Positions 11,826 to 23,442 of a DNA stretch of 33,246 nucleotides are shown in pieces. The notes below the pieces were generated by a model. That model saw nothing but the letters and a program-made list of their open reading frames with translations, did no database searches and had not been told where the DNA came from. The translations under genes were made by a program, and so were the position numbers. The stretch comes from Nemertoderma westbladi (lineage: Eukaryota; Animalia; Xenacoelomorpha): positions 1 to 33,246 of the forward strand of contig JAUCBJ010000438.1 of the NCBI GenBank assembly GCA_032718475.1. Direction: 5' to 3'. Numbering within the stretch: the stretch's first letter is position 1; each line of letters opens with the position of its first letter.

Positions 11826-12855
11826 AACATAAATACAAAACATTTAATTTAATTTGATTATAATATAATTTAAAAATTTATTTGAATACAATCTAAATAT
11901 AATTATATTGAATATATAGTAAATTAATGAATTAAAATGAAACTTTATGACGTACAATATAACTACATAATTTATACCACATATTAAGGATAGGTGTAGA
12001 GCACATCCACCGTTGGAAATTCTCCAACATATTCCCCTCCCGACTCGAATCCCGAAATGGAAGTAGATATGTTCAACGTTGATGAGGTCAATGACGAGGA
12101 CATTGTAGCTACATTTGAACAAAAGGGAGTGGTTGGCCCTACATTATCCGCAATTAGATATTCTGGAATGTTTTGAATTAAAATTAATTGTTTTGGCATA
12201 ACCTACCTATATTGTTAACATTGTTCATGCAATATTTTTTTACTAGCTATTGATATAATCTATTTGAAATCTATAATGTTTTATAACTATTTATTTATGA
12301 TTGGGTCGCAATTGTTCGGGTCGCAATGGGGTAGACGAGATAATATTCTAGAATAATATTTATTCTAGAATAAATCGCGTGCCAGTTTCATGAATGAAAC
12401 TGGCACGCGATAAATGCAAGCGGCAGAAAATGACGTTTAAATCGCAAATTTACATTACCGCTAATGAACATTTCATGCTTATATGGGTCTCTGGTGCATG
12501 AAATGATTATCCTGATGCCACCAAAACTTGTCCAACACAAATATTCATCATTTGGAGTTAAAATCTGTAGGAATATTTTTTTTTAGTTTTTTTCAATTTT
12601 TCATGTTGAGCCACCTTAATAACTATTTATTCACAAAGAGTGACCAATACATTCTATTTGTAAAGTAATATATTTTATCTAATAAACTTTAATATTAGAG
12701 CTCTGTAAAATCAATATAGGGAAGAATGGAAAAGATATATACTTTATATGTCTAGACTCTTTCATTACACTGAAAGTCAACTTGTTTTCCGTTACAATAG
12801 ACACTGGTGCTTTACTTTACACATAAGGTACATTTCCTATTTATTTATTACTCAC

Positions 12856-14162
12856 TTCTAGGCGCGCTTTATCGAAGAATAATGAGGTAAACTCATTACT
12901 GCAGAAATAATGAGGGCGGATACGTCGTGACTCATTATCGAATACTTCCTCAAGCACAACATCGGCCTCCAACAACGGGGTCCACTATTCGAAAACAGGG
13001 ACATGGCCTACCGTAGTAGGTGCCCCTGCACACTGCCCCTCTGCATCCTTGGACGATGTTGATCTGTAAATATAAAATATATTGTGTGAAAATATATTAT
13101 AATATTTTCATATATAAAATACCTTTTAGGGTTAGCCACAAAATGACCACTATAATAAATATATCAGATTGAAAAAATGAAAAACTATAGATTGCGTTCA
13201 ATGTAGATTGCTATTTCTCAAGAATATTTTGCAGGTACAGCTTTCGTATTTAGTATTCTATATTACAAATTCAGAACATTGTTATATACATTTACAACAT
13301 ACTATTATTTTAAATTTTAGTAACTGTGGCCGGCCACGAGAAAAGGGACCTTATGTCGCAAAACCTGATTCTGAGATAATCGCGTTTAAAGTTTCCCTCT
13401 ATTTTTGAACAAATTTAATTGGATTATCAAGTTAGAAATGTATAAAACGATGCGGGAAATTCAAATTGGTTCTGATATTCAAGATACTGTACCTAGGAAA
13501 GAACTAATTACAGGAAGCAATATAAGATGTTGCAGTGTTGTATATAACACTGTTTTAGTGTTTTCCTGTCTGAATTTAGGACTTTAATAAAAGGTACTAA
13601 TACGGGTAGGTAGGAATAGAGCTACCCGAATCACCTTCACATAAATCGCTATAACTTTTTTTTGGAAATAGATATTGAGACACTGTTTTTTTTGTTAAAA
13701 TCTCTGTAAAATTCTGCATCTCATAGGCCTAATAACTCCAAATCGACCTCTGGTAACATAAGGTCCCTTTTCTCGTGGCCAGCCACAACTGTGTGTTGAG
13801 TTATGACATTAAAGAATAAACATGACAATAAACTCACCCGTTGTAACTGCAATGATTCTAGTCGCATGTAAAAGCCTTTGAGTTCCTTCGATGAGCTTAT
13901 GAGGGATGGACGACTCGATACTAGGGGTATTGTCGGCGGGTCGTTCATCGGCTCCAACTTTGCGTCCGTGGTAATCACCGGTAGATTAACAATCGTGTTT
14001 GTTTGGGGTATCACTGGTAGATTAACAATCGTGTTTCCAGTGGTTGTTGGTTCTACTATCCGTAAGAACGATCCGACGCCAACTCCAGCAGAGTGAAAAT
14101 ATAACGCCGTAGTATGGGGATGCTCAGCCAACATGGCAAATGTCTCACCACTAATTAAATCT
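12856..14162 (-). pseudogene. Unknown spliced gene, copy A, exons 14162-13838 and 13063-12856
   Basis: Canonical splice sites (tttcag, cgg|gtgagt, tttacag|atc, gaa|gtgagt) join in phase 0: ...GFYMRLESLQLQR|INIVQGCRGAVCRGTYYGRPCPCF, one frameshift, then ...FCSNEFTSLFFDKARLE. Confidence 0.6.
13326..13786. mobile_element. MITE with ~31-bp TIRs and 4-bp TSD AACT (possibly Sola-type)
   Basis: GTGGCCGGCCACGAGAAAAGGGACCTTATGT ... ACATAAGGTCCCTTTTCTCGTGGCCAGCCAC, flanked by AACT at 13322-13325 and 13787-13790; lies inside an intron of copy A. Confidence 0.85.
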
Positions 14163-15199
14163 CTGAAAAAATTTCCAAAAATATTAATGTTAGTGCAGTA
14201 GTGTAAAAATAATTATAATTATTAGGGTTCAAATGTTATTTATTGTTAATATATTTCAGTATTTAATCTTTATAAAATATATGTTCAGCTACAGTAAAAC
14301 GTGATATATTTTACTTTATGGTCATTTTGGTCAAGCTAAATTGTAATTTAACAGTCTAAATGATGCTATGGTATTTTTATAATTCCTGAAAATCTAATCC
14401 TTTGTTTCACGTCTGTTAAATGTATATTAAGTGGGTAACATATTATTTCAAAAAAGGTATTAATTTCAATATTCAATTTATTTAATTAATAAATTGAATT
14501 TACCAATAGAATATCTAACAATAATAATTATAAATCAATTATTAACTCTTTAAGTTTAGACCTTAGGCCTGTAATAACCACCAGTCAATTAAACTTGACC
14601 GGGGATCAGTGCCTCTTCATGGGCAGTGCGACTTCTGTCAAACAATAACAAAAAGAGTAAATCAATCATAGAACAATTGCACTTACTGTATATACCAGCA
14701 TATCAGTAAGGAGCATAGCCAATAAGCATCACGTATTCAATTTGAGGCTTAATAGGCCTTTACAGTACAATTTAGATAGAATATAGGTATAATAGCACTA
14801 GATGGCGTTAGAACCTTTACTAAATAATAATTTGTAAGAAATAATCAATATGACACTGTAACTGGTCCTTTATCAATAAATATACAGTATTTTGGGTAAA
14901 TTGGTAAAATAAGTAATTTTAAAGGCAGGATTTATAACTGCAGCAACAACCCCCCCCCCCCCCCCCCCCCACCCCCCCTTCCAATTCCCCCATCTGCTTG
15001 TATTGGTCAAAGAGTGTCCTGCCTACTTGTTATCGACTGTAATCTAATGATGATTGGGGTTTTCTAAATTTTTCAACCCGGAAAATATTTTTTGTTCTGT
15101 AATTACAGTATTTATTATAATGTAGCTCATAAATTCTGGAACCTTTTGCATAGAGTCCCTCCTCCCCACTACTCGCACTATCTAGGAAATATCAAGGTG

Positions 15200-17500
15200 A
15201 TCATGTGATCGGCCCCTCCTTCAAAAAACGTTTTACAACATTCTTAAAACGTTCAATTCCAACCTTTTTTATATCGGAAAATTGGGACGACAACTGAGTG
15301 CTGCCAATACCTCTGGCTGGCAAGGATAGTGTGGTGTCGCAAATTGGAGAGGAGGCTACGACGTCTTGCCACCTTTTGATGGGTGCAGCCATATGCCTCG
15401 AGTGGGAAGTGTCTTTGTCGGTGTTACGCGCTGTTGCGGCGTTAGAGAGTTTCAGGCAGTTTGTCCTCATCTCATAAACGATGCCACCAACCTATAGAGC
15501 TCTTCCCATTTCTCCATGGTTCATGGAAGGCCGTGTGGATGCAGGTGTTTAAGCATCTGGTGTACGCCTTCTAACACGTAGTCGGCCCTTTCACCATTCA
15601 CGGATGTTAGCGTTCTCCTAAATGTCGAATTAGAATCTAAATAATTAATAATGTTTTTAGGAAAGCGTAGGCGTTGGCAGGCCATGTATGCCACTATTTT
15701 TTGATAATGCGCATGTCCCCGCGCAAAGAACAGTGGAGCAAACTTCACTATGGCACACATAATCAAATCTGCACGATTCCTACGGATACCAATACGCAAT
15801 ATCATAATGGCTAAAAGAAACGTGGTGTTGAACTGCAGGAGTGCCACAAAGCCATCATTAGGACAGTTGTCCATAAACTTCTGCAGTTCAACAATAGTTT
15901 CAGTTTCTGAAAGTGTCTCCTTAACTGTTAAGAAAAATTTTCTTAACTGTTCGCGAGTAGTCCCGATTAAAGCAATTTCTATGGCTTCCCATGATTTGTG
16001 GTGATCGGTGGCTCATCGACAACTCCTTAGCCACCCTAGGCTGTTGAATCCATTTGTCGTTGCAAGCAACTCGAACTCAAGCTCCCAAGCGGCGGCAGTG
16101 GCAGCTTTTGTTCCAGGTGTCCCAGACATGGAACCAGAAGGTATTTATCTGCCCAACTCGGGATGTCTTTAATTGCGTTTAACATTAGATTCATTGGACA
16201 GCCGTCCATAACCAGAGTCGCCCATTTCCGAGTGCCATCAATATCTGTTAAAAACAACAAAATATATTTAAAGAGGGCGCGTGCACCCTTTATAAACGAC
16301 TAAGCTACACTTGTGCCGCACACAATGCGACATAAACTAGGTGCCGACACAATGCGACATACACTAGGTGCTGACGCTGTCGACATACACTAGGTGCCGA
16401 CACAATGCGACATACACTAGGTGCCGACGCCATGCCGACATACACTATTTGCGGACGCCATGCCGACATACACTAGGTGCCGACACAATGCGATCAAAAT
16501 TACACAATCAAAATTTTAATCAATTATCCATAAATAAAACATTGATATGTTTACAATATAAATATTAAATATTTAAGATTCAAAACCTACCTGCCAAGTT
16601 CCCAACTTTATTCAGCATTTCCGTTACTTTCTCGAAACTACAAAAGGGTCCTCTGGCAAGGGAGCATGAATATAAATATCAGCAATTGGGGGACCAGTTC
16701 TTTCGTCAAGTACTCCCCACATAACAGCTCCATCTATTAGACACTTGTAGGTCGGATTGTTAAAATGTGTGTTACAGTTCTTATGTTTTAGGACATGCAA
16801 TTCCATGAGTAGAAAAATTGCCCGAAGATCTCGAAAAAGTATCTCATTATATAAAGTCGAAAAAGTATCTCATGAATTTGTCGACAATCCCAGGAATCTC
16901 GTCTGGCTGCAGATCAATACATGTCAAAGCTTCACCCTGAATAGCCATGGTCGGGTTGTTAACCATACTAATGACTGAACAGACGTTTGTAACTAGTTGA
17001 GACTAATGATTATAGGAATGATAGGTTTTGCCAACGAATTGATTATTATCAAGAATAACCATAATATCCCCATTTGGACACATCGTTATAGTATGCGCCG
17101 ACGTCTTGAGGAGACGCAGTAGTGTTGTATAGTGTGGATGTGCAGAACAGGTGCTACGTACCAACTGCGAATTCTTTGAGTTATCACCCGCATAAGATAT
17201 TGCACTCCCGGTTGTGGCCAAATGGCCGCAATAATTTTTGTTTATAGTCGACATTAATAATTCAAAAATCTTCCCAGTAACAATCTTTTTCCGCTTAAAA
17301 TCAGAAGTTACCTTTCCAGCACCAGTAGATACTAGAGTTGCGGAGAGTAATAGTACAGAAGATTGTACACAACATGCCTCTACATATTACTGACTTTAAG
17401 GAAGTTGATCGAGCGAGAATGGATATCGCACCTTGCGTCTTGAGGGGATATTTGACGAGGACAATCCATTTATGGATCGGAGTTGGTTTTATTGTCATTT
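15200..17500 (-). pseudogene. Decayed DUF6589/Academ-like DDE transposase with an intron (16590-16245)
   Basis: Ordered fragments GHLATTGSAISY, VILDNNQ, RKWATLVMDGCP, LVPCLGHLE, FAPLFFARGHAHYQ, GERADYVLE. A GT-AG intron joins NKVGNLA-DIDGTRKW in frame. Many stops and frameshifts. Confidence 0.55.
16303..16493. repeat. 27-28-bp minisatellite (GCCGACACAATGCGACATACACTAGGT), about 7 copies
   Basis: Directly visible; lies within the inferred transposase intron. Confidence 0.85.
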
Positions 17501-19327
17501 TCGAAATAGCGGTTTAAAAAAAGCAAAACCTGCAAAGTGGAGGTGGACTTGTTTTAGTGTCAGTATATTAAAATTACTGTAGTATAATTAAAATTACTGT
17601 AGTATAATATTATACATGATATAACTATTTTATAATAACATTGTTTAAATTTTAGATTGATATTGTATCTACTCATAACGGCGCGCTATGTAAAGGTATA
17701 TATGGGTTATACCACAAGTGCCCATGTGTGTACGGTATAAGGCGTAAGTTATAAGGCATAAGTTAGCCAATCAAAAACTATGGGTAATAGAATGTGACTT
17801 AGTACTTCCAAATTTACCTTTGGATGCTGACGGAAAAGATTTGAGATTAAATGCATTCAAATCCAATGACTTTACCGCCATGTTCATTGGGAATGCTGCA
17901 ATGAATGTTAGTTAATTTTATTAATAAAAGTTTTAAAAATTAATAAATTATTTTACAGTTATTTTTTTTGATCGTCAACATGAAATTTTATGGAAATTTT
18001 GTCTGTTTCTCCGTTATGTTTTTGTTAAACTATATAAATACTTACTCCCCTCCCTCCCACCATTATTATCGAGGTATGTACGACTGTCCTGACCCTCCCA
18101 AATGTTGAAGTATGTATGATTTTGGTGTATGATTTATGTACTAGTAGCCTCGCCTAACTTTTGAGATATGTGTGAGAATATGTATGAGAATTATGCCACT
18201 ACAACTCCTTCCCATCTCCTCCCCATTTTTTGAGTTACGATATTTCCGACTACAATTTCCCTTTAAGTGTTACTGCTGCGGTAGATCCGAATACATACCG
18301 TATTCGGTATGTATACGCATATTGTTGATATGTTTGACAAAATTAAATAAAATATATCTAATAGAATCCACATAATCAAGACATGTCTGTTCATACACAC
18401 GACAGTGCTATGGTGGTGCTGGTGGCACCTACTACCAGTACAAGTAAACCACATAATGGAGTCTACAGTATGTGCTTGGCTTCCCAGAGAGAGATAGACA
18501 CTAGGGCGGTGCGTTTTTTACTTTTTTTCGATTTCATTGTTCTACCGGTGCACAAAAGTTGCCAAATGGTAAAAAAATAAGGCAAAAAAAATTCTTTAAA
18601 TTTCATCTATATCTTCACGGATCCCAAGAGGGTTGAAATTTTGTGCCATCGCGATGCACCATAATGAAATTTATAACAATATAACACATTGATGAAAGAT
18701 CAATGACTCAAAAAAGAACTTCCTGCATGCATCAAATGGGTCCAAACTTAGTTATATACCTAAATTTAATTTTTGGATCAAGGGAACTAGTGCCACAGGC
18801 ACATGGCCAGAACCTACCATTTGGCGCAAGTGATGATTATTCTCAATTTTCGCGATGGCCAACTTTGAGTTCTCCTTCTGCATTCATATTATGCTCATTA
18901 GAACCGCAATGTCCGATTTAGTGGGGGTAGACACCTTCAAAACAAACGTAGAGTGAATAGTTCTTGAGATATCACAGAAAATGTGAAGTACGGCACAAGT
19001 CTACATTACCGCCTTGATGTGATATGGACAAATACACTATAAATGATATATTGAATTATCTCAAGGAATCAAGAATAGACACATCACAGAAATGATCGAT
19101 ATAATGGGTGATGACACCTTCAAAATAAGAGTAGAGTCATTAGTTTTTGAGTTATTTTACAAAATGTCAAGACTATATCCACCAATTAATACTTGATATT
19201 CAGTTGACCCATTCCACACATTTTGTACAAAAACTATACTGAATTAATCACTACTCTTTAATTTTGAAGGTCCCTGTATACACTAAATCAATTTGTTGCA
19301 GTGATGTGTATATTTTTGATGCCTTAA

Positions 19328-20892
19328 CCCTATTAAACCCGGGGGGGGGGGTCAATATGACCCCCCCGTGGTTTTTTTATTATAATTCTGAAACAAACGC
19401 AGTTGGGTATCTGAAATTTTATGACTTTTCCTAAAAATCTATTGTCTTCATGGTAGTGAAAACCGTTTTCAAAAATATTGGGTACTTTTCGAGTTATAGC
19501 ACCATTTTTTAACCCTACTTTTGGCACTTTTTTTGAGACGTTTTTTGAAAATTACATTTCATTAAATATGAATTGTAACATCTCTATTTTTGATTTACAC
19601 CGGTTTTTTGGTGTTAGAAATTGGATGGAATTCATATAAATTGATTTAGAAATTTCAAACTTGTTTTTTTCGATGGGTGCCAAATTTTGGTTCCAGCACC
19701 AAATTTTGAAATAAGTCAATTTTGTAAATTGATTGTTTGAAACTTGTTTTTTACGCAATTGGGGTTTTTTGGGGTTCTGGATTCGATGAAATATATACGA
19801 GTTGCACCAAGCGTATCAAACTTGTATTTTTCGGTGCTGTGTGCAAATTTTGGTGCTAGCACGAAATTTTGAAAATCCATTCAATATATAAAATTGCTTG
19901 TGACAATTTATTTCTTGCGTTTTAGAGGTTTATGGCTGTTCTGAATTCAATGGAAAATATAATTATCGAACTAGTCATCTCAAACTTGTATTTTTCGGAA
20001 GTGGGTGCAAAATGTGGTGCAAGCACCAAATTTTGAAAACCATCAAATATATCAATTGATTGTGTCACCTTGTTTCTTGCGTTATACGGGTTTGTGATGG
20101 TTCTGAATTCAATGGAATCAGAAAAATTTCATAAGAGTTCTCAAACTTGTATTTTTCGCCGGTGGGTGAAAATTGTTGTGCCAGCACCAAATTTTGGAAA
20201 ATATGCAAATTGATCAGTAGATAGTATCACCTTGTTTCTTGCGTTATACTGGGTTACGAGGGTCCTGAATCCGATGGAATCAATAAAAACAGCACTGGAC
20301 ATCGCAAACTTGTACTTTTTGGTGATGGGTACGAAATTTGGTGCTAGCACCAAAATTTGCCAAATTACGCCGAAAAATACAGGTAGCAATGATCTGGTAT
20401 ATTAGAAATGTATTCCATTAGAATCAGCTCCCTCGAAAACCTGAAAATGTGAATTTATAGCATCGTATAAGTGAATTAAAAATTTTGTGTTCTAACTGAA
20501 AAGTGCTGGTTACTTGTTTTTTTCATTTTTTTCCTACGCAGAGAGGACTAAACAGCCATTTATAGTAATCATATCATTTTTAAATATTTTCCAATGTATT
20601 TTGCACCCCAAAAAACCTGTATTGAAAAATAATTAGCCGAAAATGTTACCGGTACTTTCAAATTTTGTGAAAATTGTGCACTACTTGTAATTTTGGTGCT
20701 GCAATATAACCACCCCAGTACATTTTTTCGAAAATTTTTTTTTTCGGACGGATCCAGACAAGTGATACCTACGTACAAACAAAAAATCAGACGTTTTCGT
20801 AAATATTTGTAGATTTTAGAGGGGGGGGGGGGGGGTCAATATGACCCCCCTCCGGTATTTGTACAACATTTTATAGCCCGGTACTAATAGGG
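19328..20892. mobile_element. Non-autonomous piggyBac-type element nested in the hAT element
   Basis: TTAA TSD (19324-19327, 20893-20896); termini CCCTATTA...TAATAGGG; subterminal palindrome GGGGGGTCAATATGACCCCCC near both ends. Confidence 0.85.
19655..20360. repeat. Five diverged ~162-bp tandem units inside the piggyBac-type element
   Basis: caaacttgt.tttt..g...gcaccaaa recurs at ~19655, 19816, 19980, 20141, 20303. Confidence 0.75.
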
Positions 20893-23267
20893 TTAAGATA
20901 ATTAGAAGTAACATTTTTGTGTATTTGTCTATAAATCATCAAGGCAGTAATGTTGACTTGAGCCGTAATTAACATTTTCTGTAATATCTCAAGAACTATT
21001 CGCTCTATGTTTGTTTTGAAGGTGTCTACCCCCACTAAATCGGACATTGCGGTTCTAATGAGCATAACAATAATGCCGTAGTAGAACTAAAAGTTGTCCA
21101 TCACCAAAATTGAGAATAATCATCACTTGCACCAAAGAGTAAGTTCTGGTCATGTGCCTGTGGCACTACTTCCCTTAATCCAAAAATTAAAATTTTGGTA
21201 TCTAACTAAGTTTGGACCCATTTGATGACATTTGATGCATGCAGGAATTTTTTTTTGACTCATTGATCTTTCATCAATGTGTTATATTGTTATAAATTTC
21301 ATTATGGTGCATCGCGATGGCACAAAATTTCAACCCTCTTGGGATCCGTGAAGACATAGACGAAATTTAAAGAAATTTTTTTTGCCTTTTTTTTTTACCA
21401 TTTCACAACTTTTGTGCACCGGTAAAACGATGAAATCGAAAAGAAGTAATAAACGCACCGCCCTAATAGACACTGGTTGACATATATGTACAATACAAGG
21501 CCGCTGTCCACTGCATCAAGATACAAAGAAGCAAGGTCTATGCAGCTATGCTTAGATGTAGGGCCAGATAATGTATGATAATGTATACCACAGAACTCAT
21601 TATTTACATGTTTGTTTGATTTAAACAAGAATGCAAATTTAAAATATTAAAAAGTAGCATTCACATATTTTTCGTTAATTTTTTTTCCGTAATGAAATAC
21701 TTAGTTACATCTGCATTTATTATTAATTCATAGTACAATCCATTCTCGGCATCCAGAAAGTTTTCAACTAAAGTATTTAAAAGTAATTTGTATATTTTAT
21801 TGAAGTACCGGTGCTGGATTGGAAGTCTGTTAGTTAGTTTAGGTGTTTGTTGTCTGTACCATATTGCATACTGCCTAAGTGTATAGGCCTAATAAATATA
21901 TATTTGTAAGCATAAAATAATTAATAAATTAAATATTATTTTAAATAAACCTAGATCGACCTCAGAAAAAAATCATATATTACTTTACAGTATCACTAGC
22001 TTTCGATATAATATGTATATCTTTTTCAAGTGTTGAAAACCAACTGTTTATAAATTAAATAAATTAATAACAATATAAGCACAATTTAAAATTCTAGAAA
22101 GTTTGTATCGTGTTCGTGTTTTTTAGGCAGGTGCCTTCTCGTTTTGGTGGGGAGAAATAGTAAGTATATTTATTTGTCTGTATTTCACATATTTTTTAGG
22201 GTGTATGTGTAACAAACGGGAAATCAGGTAAACCCGGGAAAAAAATCGAAACGGGAAAATAACTAGGAATTCTGGACAAATACTCTGATTAAAACCCCCT
22301 GAAAACAACCAGCTCCAATTTAATATGTTGACCGTTTTGCAAAAAAACAGACAAATTACCCCTATTAATAATATTATAAAATTTTCAAGAGACCGACTCA
22401 ACAATTATATGTTAGATAAAAAAAATTATTAATCGAGTCGAGTCTCAAATTGAAATGGTAACGGATTATGCAATGAATGGAAATGCGGCAGCTAACAACT
22501 TGGTTAAGAAGTAAAACCAACGTACTCAACTCAGCTTCTTGCCTACTTCTTGCCCAACCATACCCATAACCATAACCAACTTGCATGTGTGTGTATAATA
22601 TCTCATTCCAAACCTACTGATCAGCTGACTGCGACTGGTGTCAACTGGTTGCATGCAACGTTTAGCTTTTTGCTTTGCGTTACTTATGAAAGTCCTTCAC
22701 TGGAAGACCCCTAACATTCAGTCCTTTTCACATTTAATTTTTACAATTATTATTTGTAGTTTATCCAGGTAAAAAGAGAGCTACATACCAGATAGCCACT
22801 GATGGAGATATCTGCAGGCGTTTGAGGATCTAGTTTCGAATGAGTCATGAATGGGAGTTAAATGGAACTTATTACTTTCACACTTACTGACTATTGTAAT
22901 ATTTGCTGGTATTATAAATTTACTTATTATCATCTCACTAGGGACATAAAGTAACGTTTTTTTTTATGATTTTTACCACCCCCCCCCCCCCCCCCATGTG
23001 ATTTCACTCAATATGTTCCATATTTATCAACATTACTAATTACATTGATTACATGAAATATTTGTTCTTGTCACGATTTTCGATACACCCTACTCCTATG
23101 CCACAAACTGTCGTGATATGTTGGACCACCACCCCCCTCCCTTGCCCTGCGTAATTTAAGGATGGCCCCCTAGTGAGTTGATAATAAGTTAATTTTATAT
23201 TCCAGTTACATTTTAACAACTTTTAATGTTTCAATCGTTTTCCAAAAAGTTTTGAGTACGCCATAAT

Positions 23268-23442
23268 ATATTTCATTCAATTATTAAATATTTCATTCAA
23301 TTATTAAATATTTCATTCAATTATTAAATATTTCATTCAATTATTAAATATTTCATTCAATTATTAAATATTTCATTCAATTATTAAATATTTCATTCAA
23401 TTATTAAATATTTCATTCAATTATTAAATATTTCATTCAATT
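23268..23442 (-). repeat. 20-bp tandem repeat, about 9 copies, probable 3' tail of the adjacent LINE
   Basis: (ATATTTCATTCAATTATTAA)n begins ~70 bp downstream of the LINE ORF stop. Confidence 0.85.

Larger units (their letters stand above)
7146..12327. mobile_element. Small TIR element split by a ~4.9-kb insert flanked by 56-bp direct repeats
   Basis: Inverted arms attgtgacccggacaattgcgaccc (7146-7170) and gggtcgcaattgttcgggtcgcaat (12303-12327). Direct repeat gttggccctacattat..gaattaaaattaa at 7187-7242 and 12132-12187, with 2 mismatches. Confidence 0.5.
18502..21465. mobile_element. Non-autonomous hAT-type foldback DNA transposon
   Basis: Termini TAGGGCGGTGCG...CGCACCGCCCTA; perfect 8-bp TSD ATAGACAC (18494-18501, 21466-21473); inverted similarity extends for hundreds of bp. 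Confidence 0.9.

Noticed and set aside
1759-22995. Poly-C tracts at ~1759, ~14950 and ~22980
   Set aside because: Simple homopolymers with unreliable lengths and no shared context.
16303-23442. CRISPR interpretation of the 27-bp, 20-bp or 162-bp repeats
   Set aside because: No unique spacers, no cas genes, eukaryotic context.
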